From Mobula hypostoma (taxonomy: Eukaryota), in assembly GCF_963921235.1 (NCBI RefSeq), contig NC_086108.1, forward strand, positions 6,758,001-6,822,000: 64,000 bases of DNA, given 5' to 3'. This document shows positions 12,771 through 25,445 of this stretch, in pieces. The notes beneath the pieces were generated by a model. That model worked only from the letters and a program-made list of their open reading frames with translations, had not been told where the DNA came from and made no database searches. Each line of letters opens with the position of its first letter. Within the stretch, counting starts at the first letter, position 1. A program made the translations under genes and the position numbers.

Positions 12771-13464
12771 AAGTTTTAAGTTCCTCGGGGTCAATATCAT
12801 AAATGACCTGACTTGGACCAACCAAGCAGAGTCCACTGCCTAGAAGGCCCACCAGCGCCTTTACTTCCTGAGAAAACTAAAGAAATTTGGCCTGTCCCCA
12901 AAAACCCTCACTAATTTTTATAGATGCACTGTAGAAAGTATTCTTCTAGGGTGCATCACAACCTGGTATGGAAGTTGTCCTGTCCGAGACCGGAAGAAGC
13001 TGCAGAAGATCGTGAACACGGCGCAGCACATCACACAAACCAATCTTCCGTCCTTGGACTCACTTTACACCGCACGCTGTCGGAGCAGTGCTGCCAGGAT
13101 AATCAAGGACACGACCCACCCAGCCAACACACTTTTCGTCCCTCTTCCCTCTGGGAGAAGGCTCAGGAGCTTGAAGACTCGTACGGTCAGATTTGGGAAC
13201 AGCTTCTTTCCAACTGTGACAAGACTGCTGAACGGATCCTGACCCAGATCTGGGCCGTACCCTCCAAATATCCGGACCTGCCTCTCGGTTTTTTTGCACT
13301 ACCTTACTTTCCATTTTCTATTTTCTATTTATGATTTATAATTTAAATGTTTAATATTTACTATCGATTTGTACTCCAGGGAGTGTGAAGCGCAGAATCA
13401 AATATCGCTGTGATGATTGTACGTTCTAGTATCAATTGTCTGGCGACAATAAAGTATAAGGTAT
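12771..13464 (+). mobile_element. Young Rex-Babar-type LINE 3' end (RT C-terminal region) with one in-frame stop
   Basis: FKFLGVNIINDLTWTNQAESTA*KAHQRLYFLRKLKKFGLSPKTLTNFYRCTVESILLGCITTWYG...LPSGRRLRSLKTRTVRFGNSFFPTVTRLLNGS. TAG at 12841; CpGs retained; aataaagtat tail. Confidence 0.9.
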
Positions 13465-14052
13465 ATAAAAATGTTGGGTCAGGCAGGCCTCTTCCAAGAG
13501 TGTCTTCAATATGATGCCTTTAGACTTGTTCTGCTAGAATAAAGGCTTTCATATCCACTAGCTTCAGTGACTCTCGGGTGACTTTGTTTACAGGTATAAC
13601 AATCTCTCCTGCTTATTTTTTTTAAGAAAAAGAAAATGACGTCAAATTGTGCTGTTAAGAATGGAGATTTGAATCAGAACAGAAAAAAATCTGTTTTCCT
13701 CATCTGTTATGTCTTTCAGTACAGGCTGATATAAATTGGAAATAATATTGATCTCTGGAGCATCCCAAGTAGTATCCTTATTGTATCTTCTTGTTCTCCA
13801 ATGTCTGTCTCTCTGTTTCTGTCACAACCCCCCCCCCCCCACACACACTGTGTGTTTGTTGGTCTTTTTTTAATGGATTATTTTGGGTTTCTTGTTCGGT
13901 GGCTGCCTGTAAGGAGACGTATCTCGAGTATATTATTTCCAATACATACCTTGATAATAAATGTACTTTTGACTTTAATGCTCTATCAAAGTCTGTTGGA
14001 TGAATAACCCATGGGTTAACCCATACAACCTTGCAGTATGAAATAATTGTGA

Positions 14053-14335
14053 GCAGCACAGTAGTGTAGAGGTAGCACGATGCTTTACAGTATCTGTGTA
14101 TCACATTCAATTCCCGCCACTGCCTGTAAGGAGTTTGTATGTTCTCCCTTTGACAGTGTGGGTTTCTCTGGGTGCTCCAGTTTCCTCCCACAGTCCAAAG
14201 ACCTACTGGTTCGTAGGTTAATTGGTCATTGTAAATTGTCCCGTGATTAGGCGAGGGTTAAATCGGGCATTGCTGAGCAGTGTGGCTTGAAGGGCCAGAA
14301 GGGCCTGTTCCATGCTGTATGTCAATACTAAATGA
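14053..14335 (+). mobile_element. HE1-like V-SINE, near full length
   Basis: tRNA-like head gcacagtagtgtag...ttcaattcccgcc, V-domain ggtttctctgggtgctccagtttcctcccacagtccaaagac, CR1-like tail gaagggcctgttccatgctgt. Confidence 0.85.
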
Positions 14336-14917
14336 ATGGAAATTGGAGTATCACTTCCATGGGTTGTTGAAATCCAACTGTCAGAACTTTTTAATATGGA
14401 TTCAATACTGGCCTGTTGGTTTTTTTCCAGTGACCACCTCAAATGTCTGCTGTCTCAATATCTTGATTTTTATTTTGGTACTGTGACATAAACACAATAC
14501 TTTATCTACCTTAAAGCAGATATTTTTATCATCTTTATGTAACTGCTGCATTTGTGTAGATCCTTTTGTTTTTAACCTCATTTGGTGCCCACTTAATGTA
14601 GCACCTTTTCACATATCAAAGTTTCAGAAGTACTGATCATCCAGTGAATGGCTTTTGAACTGTAGTCGTTGAGAAATAATACTTGGCACCCAATTTGAAT
14701 ACTGCAAGCTCCTCAGAAAAGGCACTGAATTGAGCTTCTCCTTATTGTATTGACTTAGTTGAGTGTTGGGTTGCAGCCAACATAGTTTGAAGAAAGAAGT
14801 GGGAGTTGTATGCTTGCATGTTTTAAATTATAAAATTCCATCTGTTTTTATTCAATGTTGTGTTGGATTGTTGTTTATACAGAAGGCATAATAGGATTTC
14901 CATCTCCCTCTTACTAA

Positions 14918-15617
14918 AGTTAAAAGTAAATTTTATTGTTATTTTTCCTGCGGGCATACTCATCAAATCTATAGAATAGTAACTATAAACAGGATCAATG
15001 AAGATAAACCAGAGTGCAGAAGGCAACAAACTGCAAATGCAATTATAAATAAGTAGCAATAAATATTGAAAACATGAGATAATGAGATGGAGTCCTTAAA
15101 GCGAAATCATTGGTTGCAAGAACATCTCAATGGATAGGCAAGTGAGTGTTGTTATCCCCTTTTGTTCAAGAGCCTAGTGGTTGTGGGGTCGTAATTATTC
15201 TTGAACCTGGTGGTGTGAATCCTGAGGCTCTTGTACCTTCTACCTGATGGCAGCAGCGAGAAAATTGCATGGCCTAGGTGGTGACAATCTCTGATGATGG
15301 ATGCTGCTTTCCTATGACAATGTTTCATGTAGATGTCATCAATGGTTGGGACAGTTTTACTCATGATGTACTGGGTTGAATTTACTACCTTTTGTAGGAT
15401 TTTCCATTCAAGGGCATTGGTGTTCCCATACCAGGCCATGATGCAGCCAGTCAATACATTCTCCACTACAATCAGTAGAATTTTTCAAAATGTTAGAAGT
15501 CATGCCAAATCTCCGCAGACTCCTAAGGAAGTAGAGGTGCTGCTGTGCTTTCTTTGAAATTGAATTTATGTGCTGGGTCCAGGACAGTTGATGATACCCA
15601 GGAGTTTAAAGTTGCTA
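14918..15617 (-). mobile_element. Rex-Babar-type LINE 3' fragment
   Basis: ORF 15152-15466: ENVLTGCIMAWYGNTNALEWKILQKVV...SLLPSGRRYKSLRIHTTRFKNNY...RLLNKRG. Confidence 0.85.
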
Positions 15618-16357
15618 ATAAGCTTGTACACTTCATCTTATAACTCCATGAATACAATAAAACCTACCTTTTTAGTTTGGGAGTTTCAACTGAGATCAGC
15701 AGTCCGTCAGCACTTTGTATCCACACTTAACAGAAATTTATGGATTCTTGAAGTGCATGTTTAGTCTCATGCCGAGTCAAGGTTGCTCCAGGTTTCGTCT
15801 TGGACTGTGACATCTAAATGGTAGCCAAGGAATGATTATTAAGTCAGCTGTTAGTTTCACCCATTTTCTTTTTTGCAAAATATTTAATTTATCATCAATT
15901 ACTGATATTTTCTTTTAAATGGCAGTAGTCTGTCTAGAGCTGATTATAGAAAATGTCATCTTCCTCATTGGTGCCTGATACTTTATTTGCAAGTTAAATG
16001 ACATGCTTTAAGAACTGAGTTACTTTCTGGATATTAATTTCATCGGGTTTAAAGTTGCTAAATACACTGTTTCACTCTTGTTTCAGGGAATACTGATCCC
16101 ACTGCATTGCAATCAGCGTATGCACAGGTTTAAAATGTGGCAGCTCAATTGAAGATTGATCCTACTGGAAAAAAGTTTTGGCTTGTATTTTTGTATTTAA
16201 ATATTGCAGTTCCGGTACTTCCATTAAACACATTGGTGCCCAAACCTGTTTCTTTAACGTTAGCTGCTGAAAATGAAAGCCCTGCTTTAATTTTTTTTCG
16301 CTTTTAAAAATGGGTATTATTTAAGGCACTGTAGCACTTACCATAAAACATTGAATA

Positions 16358-17120
16358 CACTGGGCAACAAAGATTTTGCTTCCTTAATAGTCTTGGGTGT
16401 CTCTTAAGGATGGTGGGCTGCTGGTCATGAAAATCACTGCTGAATTTCCCCTATCACATGCCATTTTTTAAAAATTCGTCTATATTTGTGATTTAAATTC
16501 AAAATTCAAGTCAGAATAACTGATACCAAGATTAAGGATGGCAGTTTTGTTGGTCCATAAGCCAAACAAGTAATTTGAAGATCTTCTCGTGGGACTGGAG
16601 AAAATCACATGAAAGTTATTTAAGGATGTTGAAAATTTTCTTGTCAACTGCAGAGCACCAAGCTATGTGCAGCTCGTTGACAACATGCTTCAAGCATACA
16701 AAACCATGAAGTGTAACGTCACTAAAGATTCATTTTCTGCATTCCCATTTAGACGTCTTCCGTGCAAATCTTGGCGCTGTCAGTGATGTGCACGGTGAAG
16801 GGTTTCTCCAAGACATTGCATTCATGGAGAAACTGTATCAGGGCAACTGGAATCATCAATTGTTGTTGGACACTTAAGTGAGAAGCCTCAGACACTGAGT
16901 GCAAATAAAAATCATCAACAAAACATTTTTAGGTCTGTTGAATTATTTCAAAGCGTCAGCACCGTTATGCAGTTAAACACATTATATTCAATAAAAGTTA
17001 ATTTCCTGTTTCTCCAAATTCCTATGAGATACAAGTAGTCTGAAATTCTATTTATGTTTAGCTTCAAGTGATCTATCATAACCAAACAAAATTCTGAGAA
17101 AGCAATACTTGAAAAATTTT
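16358..17120 (+). mobile_element. Non-autonomous CMC-Chapaev3 DNA transposon remnant
   Basis: Starts cactgggcaacaaa (CAC-type TIR). Contains degenerate SLKIHFLHSHLD..ANLGAVSDVHGE.F.QDI transposase C-terminus. Confidence 0.8.
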
Positions 17121-17274
17121 GATGTTGATGGTATTCAGAATTGAATAACTAGAACAATGTAGATTCATTATGGAAAATCTCAGTGATCTTAATAGATAAC
17201 ATTAATGCTGCTAGTTTGACTAAATGGCCCTGTTCCATGTTTTGATTATCAAGGTTAAACCAACTGGTTAACAT

Positions 17275-17970
17275 TTGTGCCACTGCCTGTGAGGAGCTCC
17301 CCGCGACCACGTGGGTTTCCTCCAGGTACTCCAGTTTCCTCCCACAGTCCAGAGGCATACCAGTTGGCAGGTTAATTGTTTATTGAAAATTGTCCCGTGA
17401 TTATTATTATTACTGCCAGTTACAGCGCTGGCATTTAAGGCAGCAATGAAGGTCCTCCATCTCTGTCTGTCCCTGGCCATCTTCTCTATTGTGCCCCAGG
17501 TGTGGTTCAGGGTCCTCATTTCTGCCTCTATGGTACAGTGCCAACTTGTCTTTGGTCTTTCTTCTGCCCTTCAGGGGTCCAGTGAAATACTGTTTTGATA
17601 GAGTGGCCCTCTCTTCTCATCACGTGCCCAATCCATCTTCAGCATTTCCTCATGATGAATGTGGCCGTGTCCTCTTGGTGACACTGAAGGAGTAGGGCAC
17701 GGTTGGAGATCTTTCTTTGTCAGAAAATACGGAGGATCTTCCAGAGGGTTGTGGTGTGGAATGACAAGGTCACTTCCTGACAAGCTTGGCAAGGTCACTC
17801 TCTATCATGCACCAGCATTCTGACTCATCCCAAGAGTTGGACAGACCACAGCTCTGGTACATCTTCACCTTGGTGTGGCTCCTGTGATTAGGCTAGGGTT
17901 AAATCAGAGGATTGCTGGCTTGGCTCGGCGGGTTGGAAGGGCCTATTTTGCTCTCTATCTCAATAAATTA
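17275..17970 (+). mobile_element. HE1-like SINE interrupted by a minus-strand RTE fragment (about 17405-17880)
   Basis: SINE V-domain at 17310-17355 and tail at 17880-17970. The RTE is colinear with 4235-4720. TSD tcc(c/t)gtgatta on both sides. Confidence 0.8.
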
Positions 17971-18944
17971 AAACAAAAATAATCTGATCAACCAGACTGA
18001 AAGACCTTGGTTATATACATAAATAATTTTCTCAGCCCAAATTGTCCATGCCTGCCAAGGTGCCTACCTGAGGTAGTGCAGTTTGTTTCCTATCCCTCTA
18101 AGCCAGTCTTATCCATGAACCTGTCTAAATATGTTTGCTCAGATAAAGCATAGCTTTGAACACTTTGTCCTTAACTCCCTGTCTGACTCCAGGGCAGAGG
18201 GTTAACTTTAAATGTGGCAGATTCCTGGAAAGACAATTGTATTTGTGGTGGAGTAGAGATGCGTCTCTACCAAAGGAGGTGTCAGGTGCTCATTTCCTTT
18301 GCTAACCTGCATGTCACCCTTGGTCACCTGCCTAGCACTCCCCCATTCTCTCCTCCCCCCCCCCCCCGAAAGATCAGTCATATGAAGCCATGGGAGCAGG
18401 CAGTGGATGGTCGTACGAGCAGCTGGTGCACATCACAAGTCCTGATTATGCAACTGCTGACACCACATTGATGATGATGGTTGGGGTCACCCATCTAGCA
18501 AAGACATTGCCCAGAAGAAGGCAATGGCAAGCCACTTCTGTGGAAAAGTTTGCCAAAAACAATCATGGTCATAAAGACCATGATCAGGCATGTCATACAA
18601 CCTGGCACATAATGGTGATGTTGATGAAGTAGTGTTGAGTGGCATGTGTGCTGGCATCATTATCACTCGCTAATGATCCAGTGAGGCATCCTACTACTCG
18701 TTCAGGCAGTACACTGACTAACCTACCTGTTAGAATTCAGTGCCCTTTTCTCCCCCCATATTCTTCTACTGCATTCTGTATCCTGACACCTGCAAACACC
18801 GTCCTTTTCCTGAATAGGCTATGAGCACACTGGCCCAACTGAAATGTTTTGCACACTTGTGTAACGTACAAAGTTTTACTTGAATATAGCAATTTTCTGC
18901 CACTGTTTATTTTAATGAAAAGCTTTAAGGCAGCTATCAAAGAT

Positions 18945-19735
18945 TCAAACTACTAAGTACATTAATTATCAAGGTATGTATGCGGTGTACAACCCTGAGA
19001 TTCGTCTTCTCCACAGACAGCCATGAAACAAGGAAAACCATGGAACCCGTTCAAAAAAGAACATCAAACCCCCAATGCGCAAATAAAAGAACAAATTGCA
19101 CAAACAGCAAGAAATAAAACATCAAGCTGTAGAGTCATTAGAAAAAGTCTTGGAATATGCCGTTCAATTTAGCATTGTGTCTTTCGTCTTCAGCAGGCCG
19201 CAGAGCCAGTCCGCCCCGATCAAAATTGCACAAAATAACAAAGTGTAACCAGAAACACGTATAACATGAACTGCAGAGTCAATCCACAAGCTGCGTCGAT
19301 TAAACCTTTCTCAAGTCCCAAGACTACTGCAGCATCGAAAGAGAGATGGAGAGAAAGAGAGACCAGTCAAATGCAGGCACCCTCCTCTGGGAGCAGTGAG
19401 TGAGAGGGAGGCCTGTCAAATGCAGGCAGATGGTGCTGTACACACGCTCTCCTTTCACTCTCATCCCTGTTATTTCGATCTTGCTCAACGTCTTAATCGA
19501 CGAGAAAGGGAGTTGACCATGGTCTCCTGGTTTCTTGGCCTGCAAGGCCGCACACTCCGCTCAAAACTTTGCCAAACTCCCTTGGAGAGACGAAATGCGA
19601 AATTGCTCAATTTGAAAACACACCACAAAATGTAATTTGCGCACTGATTAGTAGCAGAATCATATCTGAAGTTGTTTCATGAACTATCTGAAGGCTGTCA
19701 CTTTTGGTTGCGTTGTTCAGTGGCACTATCTTCAG
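18945..19735 (-). mobile_element. Non-coding retroposon sharing the Rex-Babar-like 3' tail
   Basis: Reverse complement ends ...gaatctcagggttgtacaccgcatacataccttgataattaatgtactt; similar to 21790-22270 and 59040-59270. Confidence 0.55.
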
Positions 19736-22700
19736 AGCTAGTTTAACAGCATGACTTCAGCATACAGTAGATTGCAGTATTGTTTGTTTCTCGCTTAAGT
19801 TGGAGAGTCAGAGTAAAGCTGGTATGAATTTCCTTTGCTCCTTTCCTGGCACTGGACTATGCTGAAGCCCAGAAGCTGGTTATTGTGCCAACGGTGCCAC
19901 AAGGTTGATAATGCAGGCTAGGGGAATACATCTGTCCTGCTTGTGAACCAGTTGTAGTGTGTTGTACAGCTGAAAGCGAATGCTCATACCCAAATGTCTC
20001 TGCCAGAGCATTCTGAAATGTTGCTTCCCCACTGATTCAGTGCAGCCTGTCACCTTTTGTCCAACATCTTCTGAACTACAGCCAGAGGCACAGAAAAGCT
20101 ATTAACAGAATTTCCCTACAAAATGCCTCAAATTTTTCTGCCTTAATAGGCTATGTTTGCTGCTTAGCTGTAGCTGCTGCGTTAATGTGCAGACCTTCGG
20201 CAGTCTCCACCACAGTGCAGAAAGATCTTTTTCATGGTGGGAGAGGGGGTTATTTTGATTAGATTGACTGGCTATCAAGAATGTGGTTTAGATTTATAGT
20301 TTTATAATTTGGAAATTTTAAATTAGAAATCAGTTGCATTCTTTGTAGAAATTTGCATTCTAATATGTATTATAAGGAATGAAATGTTGGTGGCATTTTT
20401 CACTATCAATTTAACTTGAATTGTTGGATATTTCCTATAAAATGATGATTAAATTATACTAAAACTTACAAATTTAATGTTTGGGGGTGTTAGATTGAGT
20501 ACCAGCTGAAGTGAAAAATGGCTGGAGTCGCTTAGCACTTTTGTGGTTATTAGGTGCCTTAAAAATCAAAATTTGCGAGCAATAGCGAAAAGAAAACTAC
20601 CAATATTTACAAAAGATCTACCAGTAAATACAATAAATAGCTCCCTGTTATTTGTCCAGCGTGAACTCCTGGCAGCCTGGTCTCTCTCTCTCTCTCCCCT
20701 ACCTGAAGTGATCTGCCCCATTTTCTTATAGGCACCACGACGTACCAACTTTAATTCCCAACAAAGTTAGCTAAGACCACACATGAATTGGAATCTGATG
20801 CACCCTACAATATATATTACAAAATAAACAGGAGTATCGACATTAAATGCTGGACACAAACAACATGTATGCAGTTACATATCCCCATTACTAAAAAAAT
20901 TGAATATTCTGCTGTGTATGGTGGGAAAGGCACCAAAAAGCCAACCCATTATAATAATAAACAAGAGAAAATCTGCAGATGCTGGAAATCCAAAGCAACA
21001 CACACAATATGCCGGAGAAACCTGACAGGTCAGGCAGCATCTATGGACATTCCAAATGAGAGGGAAGAGGCAAGATGTCTGAACTAAAAGGTGGAGGGGA
21101 GGGGAAGGAGGATAGCTCAGTTCTTTGTATTTTCTCTCTTTCCATGATATGAAATTTGTTGTGTTGCAGTGCAAAGGCATAAAATCTTTGCAGTTCATTT
21201 ATTTCGATTGTTAGTAACATCCTTAAAAATATGGAGTTCTCACCGAAGACCCTGAGCAGAATTTTGAATATTATATGAAGTGTATGCATTTCCAAGCACA
21301 TCATTCATCCCACAGTCCACTAAGTACCGGCTGGTATATCCTCCAGTCCCTGGAGAAGCTGAGTGCAGATTCCAGGGGTTCTAGCAGAGGAATTCCATTG
21401 CAGAGTATGAACTTCCAGAAATATGTAGCTCAGTAGCAGCTACATCTTGTGTGATGTTTTTTCTCTCAAGAATGTGAAAGTGATTTTTAACAGACTACCT
21501 TTCAATTAAGAGAATATTAACACATTTTCTGTATTGAGTGTATGGACTGCCAAGATTTTATAATGGTGTAAAATGTGGTTCCGATTCTGTTGGAACCTGT
21601 GATCTACAGTCTGATGGCATGTTTTTGGGCCCATTGAGCAATCTGGCACTTTGCTGTCTCCAACAAGATTGCAGGAAGCAAGTGGCCTCGAGGCTAAGCT
21701 TAAGACGGGGCATGAGCTCATGATTGACTCCATTTTTCACCGATTGAAGTGTTGAGGAAGATTGAAACATCAAGGCAAGTGTGGATGGCGAACAGCTGTT
21801 CAGCACCATCTTATCAGCCTCTTGCTCACTGCTGCCGGAAGGTGTTGTCTGTCTGCCTCCCCTCCCAAGGGAAGGTCCCTACGTTAAAATGATTTTTCTC
21901 TGCTCAGTGGTGCTGCAGTAAGGTTTAATCGATGCGATTTGTGGATTGAATTTGGTAGTTCACATTCTGATGTGTTCTGGTCACTCCTTTTTCTGTTGCT
22001 ATATTGGGCAATTTTGAATTGGGCTGGCCTTTAGATGACGAGCGCAGAGTTGAACTGAAAATGACTCTCAATTTTGTTTTTATATTCTGTGTTTCAGCTC
22101 GTTCTTTCTTGTTGCCATTTGTGCAATTTGTTTTTTTTTTATATGAGGGCGGGAGTTGATTTTTTTTAAAGGATTCCATGGTATTTCTTTGCTTCATGGC
22201 TGTCTGTGGGCAAGATGAATCTCAGAGTTGTATACTGCACACATACTTTGTTAATAAAAATACTTTGAATCCTTTGGGTGCACAAGACCAGTGCTGACAC
22301 TGAATATAAAATGGTACAATTGCCACCGCCAAATCATGTTCTCTAAAACAGCATTAAACTTTTAACTTCGTTATGGGACTAAAATTCTAACTATTAATCC
22401 ACATCTTCAGATAACTGCTTGTTACAGGCAATGGGGATGCAAAAGAATTCAACGTTTGTTGGCTCCTTCGAGATGTGATACAAACTGACATGTTTGTTTC
22501 AGTAAATGTTATCTGTTTCCAACACCCAGTGGTATACGTTAGCATAGAAATTTGGATAGTTATTTTACCTGAGGCTCAGGGAGTAGCAGAGGTTCTTCAT
22601 AATCAATAGCTGGTCAAGATTGGCTGCCTGTTTAGGATGCCTGGAATGTTATTGAATTAAGTTTTGATTTTTTTAAAAATGAGTGACCTTTGACATCTGT

Positions 22701-24199
22701 GGCTTGTTCCGAAACTAGTTCATCGGCAGCTTTTGAGTAGGAATGTTTTTTTTCTGGCTAAACATTTGAACCACAGCATGTCTGACCATAATAGACTGGA
22801 ACAGAATTAGGCCACTGAGTCTTCCCCATTTCATCATGCCAGATCCATTTTCCCCGAGCTCTCATTCCCCTGCCTGCCTCCCTCCCTTAACTTTTTTCAC
22901 ACTTCACGTAGCATCCCTCAGCAACGTTTGTGTTAGAAAGACGATGCAGCGTCTGTAGAAAGAGAAACAGTTAATGTTTCAGAGCAATAAACACAAAATG
23001 CTGGAGGAATTCAGCAGGTCAGGCAGCAACTATGGAGGGGAATAAAGAGTCCGTGACCATTATCCTCCTTGGAAAAATTTTTCTACAGAAGTGGTTTGCC
23101 ATTGCTGCCTTCTGGGCAGTGTCTTTACAAGACGGGTGACTGCAGCCATTACCAATACTCTTCAGGTAGGACTTGTGATAGTTCACATGACCATTCGCCA
23201 CCTGCTCCCATGGCTTCATGTGACCCTGATTAGGGTGTGGGGGTGGGGAAAGGAGGTGGGCTAAGTAGGTGCTACACCTTGTCCAAGGGTGACCTGCAGG
23301 TTAGCAGAGGGAAGGAGCGCCTTACACTTCCACCCCACCAGCCAGAGTCAGTACAATGGGAAACAATAACAGAATGCAGAATAAAATGTTATACAGCTGG
23401 AGAGAAAGTGCAACGCGGGTGACGATAAGCTCAATCTAGTCTCCCAAACACGAGATTCTACAGATGCTGGAAATCCGGAGCAACACACACAAATTGCTGG
23501 AGGAACTCAGCAGGTCAGGCAGCATCTATGCAGGGGAATAAAGAATTGGTAGTTCAGGCCGGGACCCTTCATTTGGTTTGAAACTAGTGCTAATTATTTT
23601 TTTCAGAAAGTGTGCTTCTATTGTGTGCTTTTCTAATGGTGTAAATATAAGAATCTATACTATATAGAGTTCAGCAAATCATTCAAAATAAACCTGCACA
23701 GGGTGCTTATACAATTGTTGAACATATACCTTATGGTTTGTTTCTGCAGTTCATATGGCAGTTTGAGTACACTTGCTACCAAGATCACCGTTGTATGTTA
23801 ATACTATTGTACTCTTGATTTAACTAACTTTCCAAAACAAAAGTTGCTGGTGGATGGTAACAGTTGTAGCCCCTGGTTGTAGCATCATAACCCCTGGTGC
23901 TGTTCCTGGGCAAGTTGTGCTTTAAAAATCTATTTTTTAAAAAATGACGTCAAGGCACAAATGGCAGGTTGTTAATAATGCAAATTTCATATGTAAATTC
24001 TTCCGGATTCGTATAATTAACTTCTGTTTTTCTGAGGCGTTGCTGTACTGACACAGTGAACGTTTGCAAAACAGTTGATCTGAAATCAAAGTTCAACGTA
24101 AATTTGATGTCAGAGAAGCGACTTGGATCTGCTCCAATTTGCCTACCGGCACAACAAGTCCATAGCAGATGCCTTTTCAACAGCTCTTCACTCAACCAT

Positions 24200-25445
24200 G
24201 GAACATCTGGACAGCAAAGATGCATACACCTGAATGGTTGTTATCAACTACAGCTCAGCATTCAATACCACCATCCCCTCGAAACTAATCAATAAACTTC
24301 AAGGCTTTGGCCTCAATTCCTCCTTGTGTAATTGGATTCTAGATTTCCTCACTTGCAGATGACTCCAGTCAGTTCAGATTGGCAAACATCTCCAGTCTCC
24401 ATCACCACATGTGCACCACAAAGCTGTTAGCCAGCTGCTTTACTCGCTTTATAATTATGACTGAGGGGCTAAGCTCAGCTCCAACGCCAGTGCCATAAAC
24501 AACTTCAAGTTCCTCAGCATCCACATCACCGAGGACCTCACATGGTCTGTACACACCAGTTGTGTGGTGGAAAAGGCACAGCAACACCTCTTTCACCTCA
24601 GATGGTTGAGGAAGTTTGGTGTGGACCCCCAAATCCCAAGACCCTTCTACAGGGGCACAGTTGAGAGCATCCTGACTGGCTGCATCACTGCCTGCTATGG
24701 GAGCTGTACCTCCCTTAATCGAAGGACTCTGTAGAGAGTGGTGCAGACAGCCCCGTGCATCTGTAGTTGTGAATTTCCCATGATTCAGGACATTTACAAA
24801 GACAGGTGTGTAAAAAGGGCCCGAAGGATCATTGGGGAGCCAAGCCATCCCAACCGCAATGTATTCCAGCTGCTACCGTCCGGGAAGCGTTACCGCAGCA
24901 TAAAAGGCAGAAACAAAAGGCTCCGGGACCGCTTCTTCCACCAGGCCATCAGACTGATGAACTCATACTGACTTGAGGGTACTCTATATTACATTGATTG
25001 TTCTATTTATTATAAATTATTATAAGTTACTATGATTGTACATTTAGATGGAGATGTAATGTGAAGGTTTTTGCTCCATGTATGTGAATGATGTAAGAAA
25101 TAAAGTCAATTCAATTCAATTCAAAATTTGCTGGTTGTTGTTGACTGAAACAAAGGTCATGACAAATCCACATACAGAAGAGAGATTGAAAACTTGCATG
25201 AATGGTGCCTCAATAACAACCTCGTACTCAATGTCAGCAAGACCAAGAGGTTGATTATTGACTTCATGAGAGGAAACTGGAGGTCCATGAGCCAGTCCTC
25301 ACTGGGGAAAATTAGAGCTGATTGCAGCAGGGGCTGGCGCAGGGGGAAGGTTAGTAACTTGAAATTCCTAGGTGTTATCACTTCAGAGGAATTGTTCTGG
25401 GGTCATAATTGCAATTATGAAGAAGGCACTTTAGTACCTCTACTT
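24200..25445 (+). mobile_element. Nested Rex-Babar LINEs: an older RT fragment interrupted by a younger 3' end (about 24497-25122, tcaat-repeat tail)
   Basis: Host: [14 protein letters not shown]... resuming at EIENLHEWCLNNNLVLNVSKTKRLIIDF. Insert: NNFKFL.IHITEDLTW...LLPSGKRYRSIK...FFHQAIRLMNS. Confidence 0.8.

Noticed and set aside
12771..13242. Host gene with an ALKBH8 N-terminal/DUF1891-like domain
   Set aside because: This motif is the C-terminus of Rex-Babar LINE ORF2. It has an in-frame stop, a LINE tail and many decayed copies in the window.
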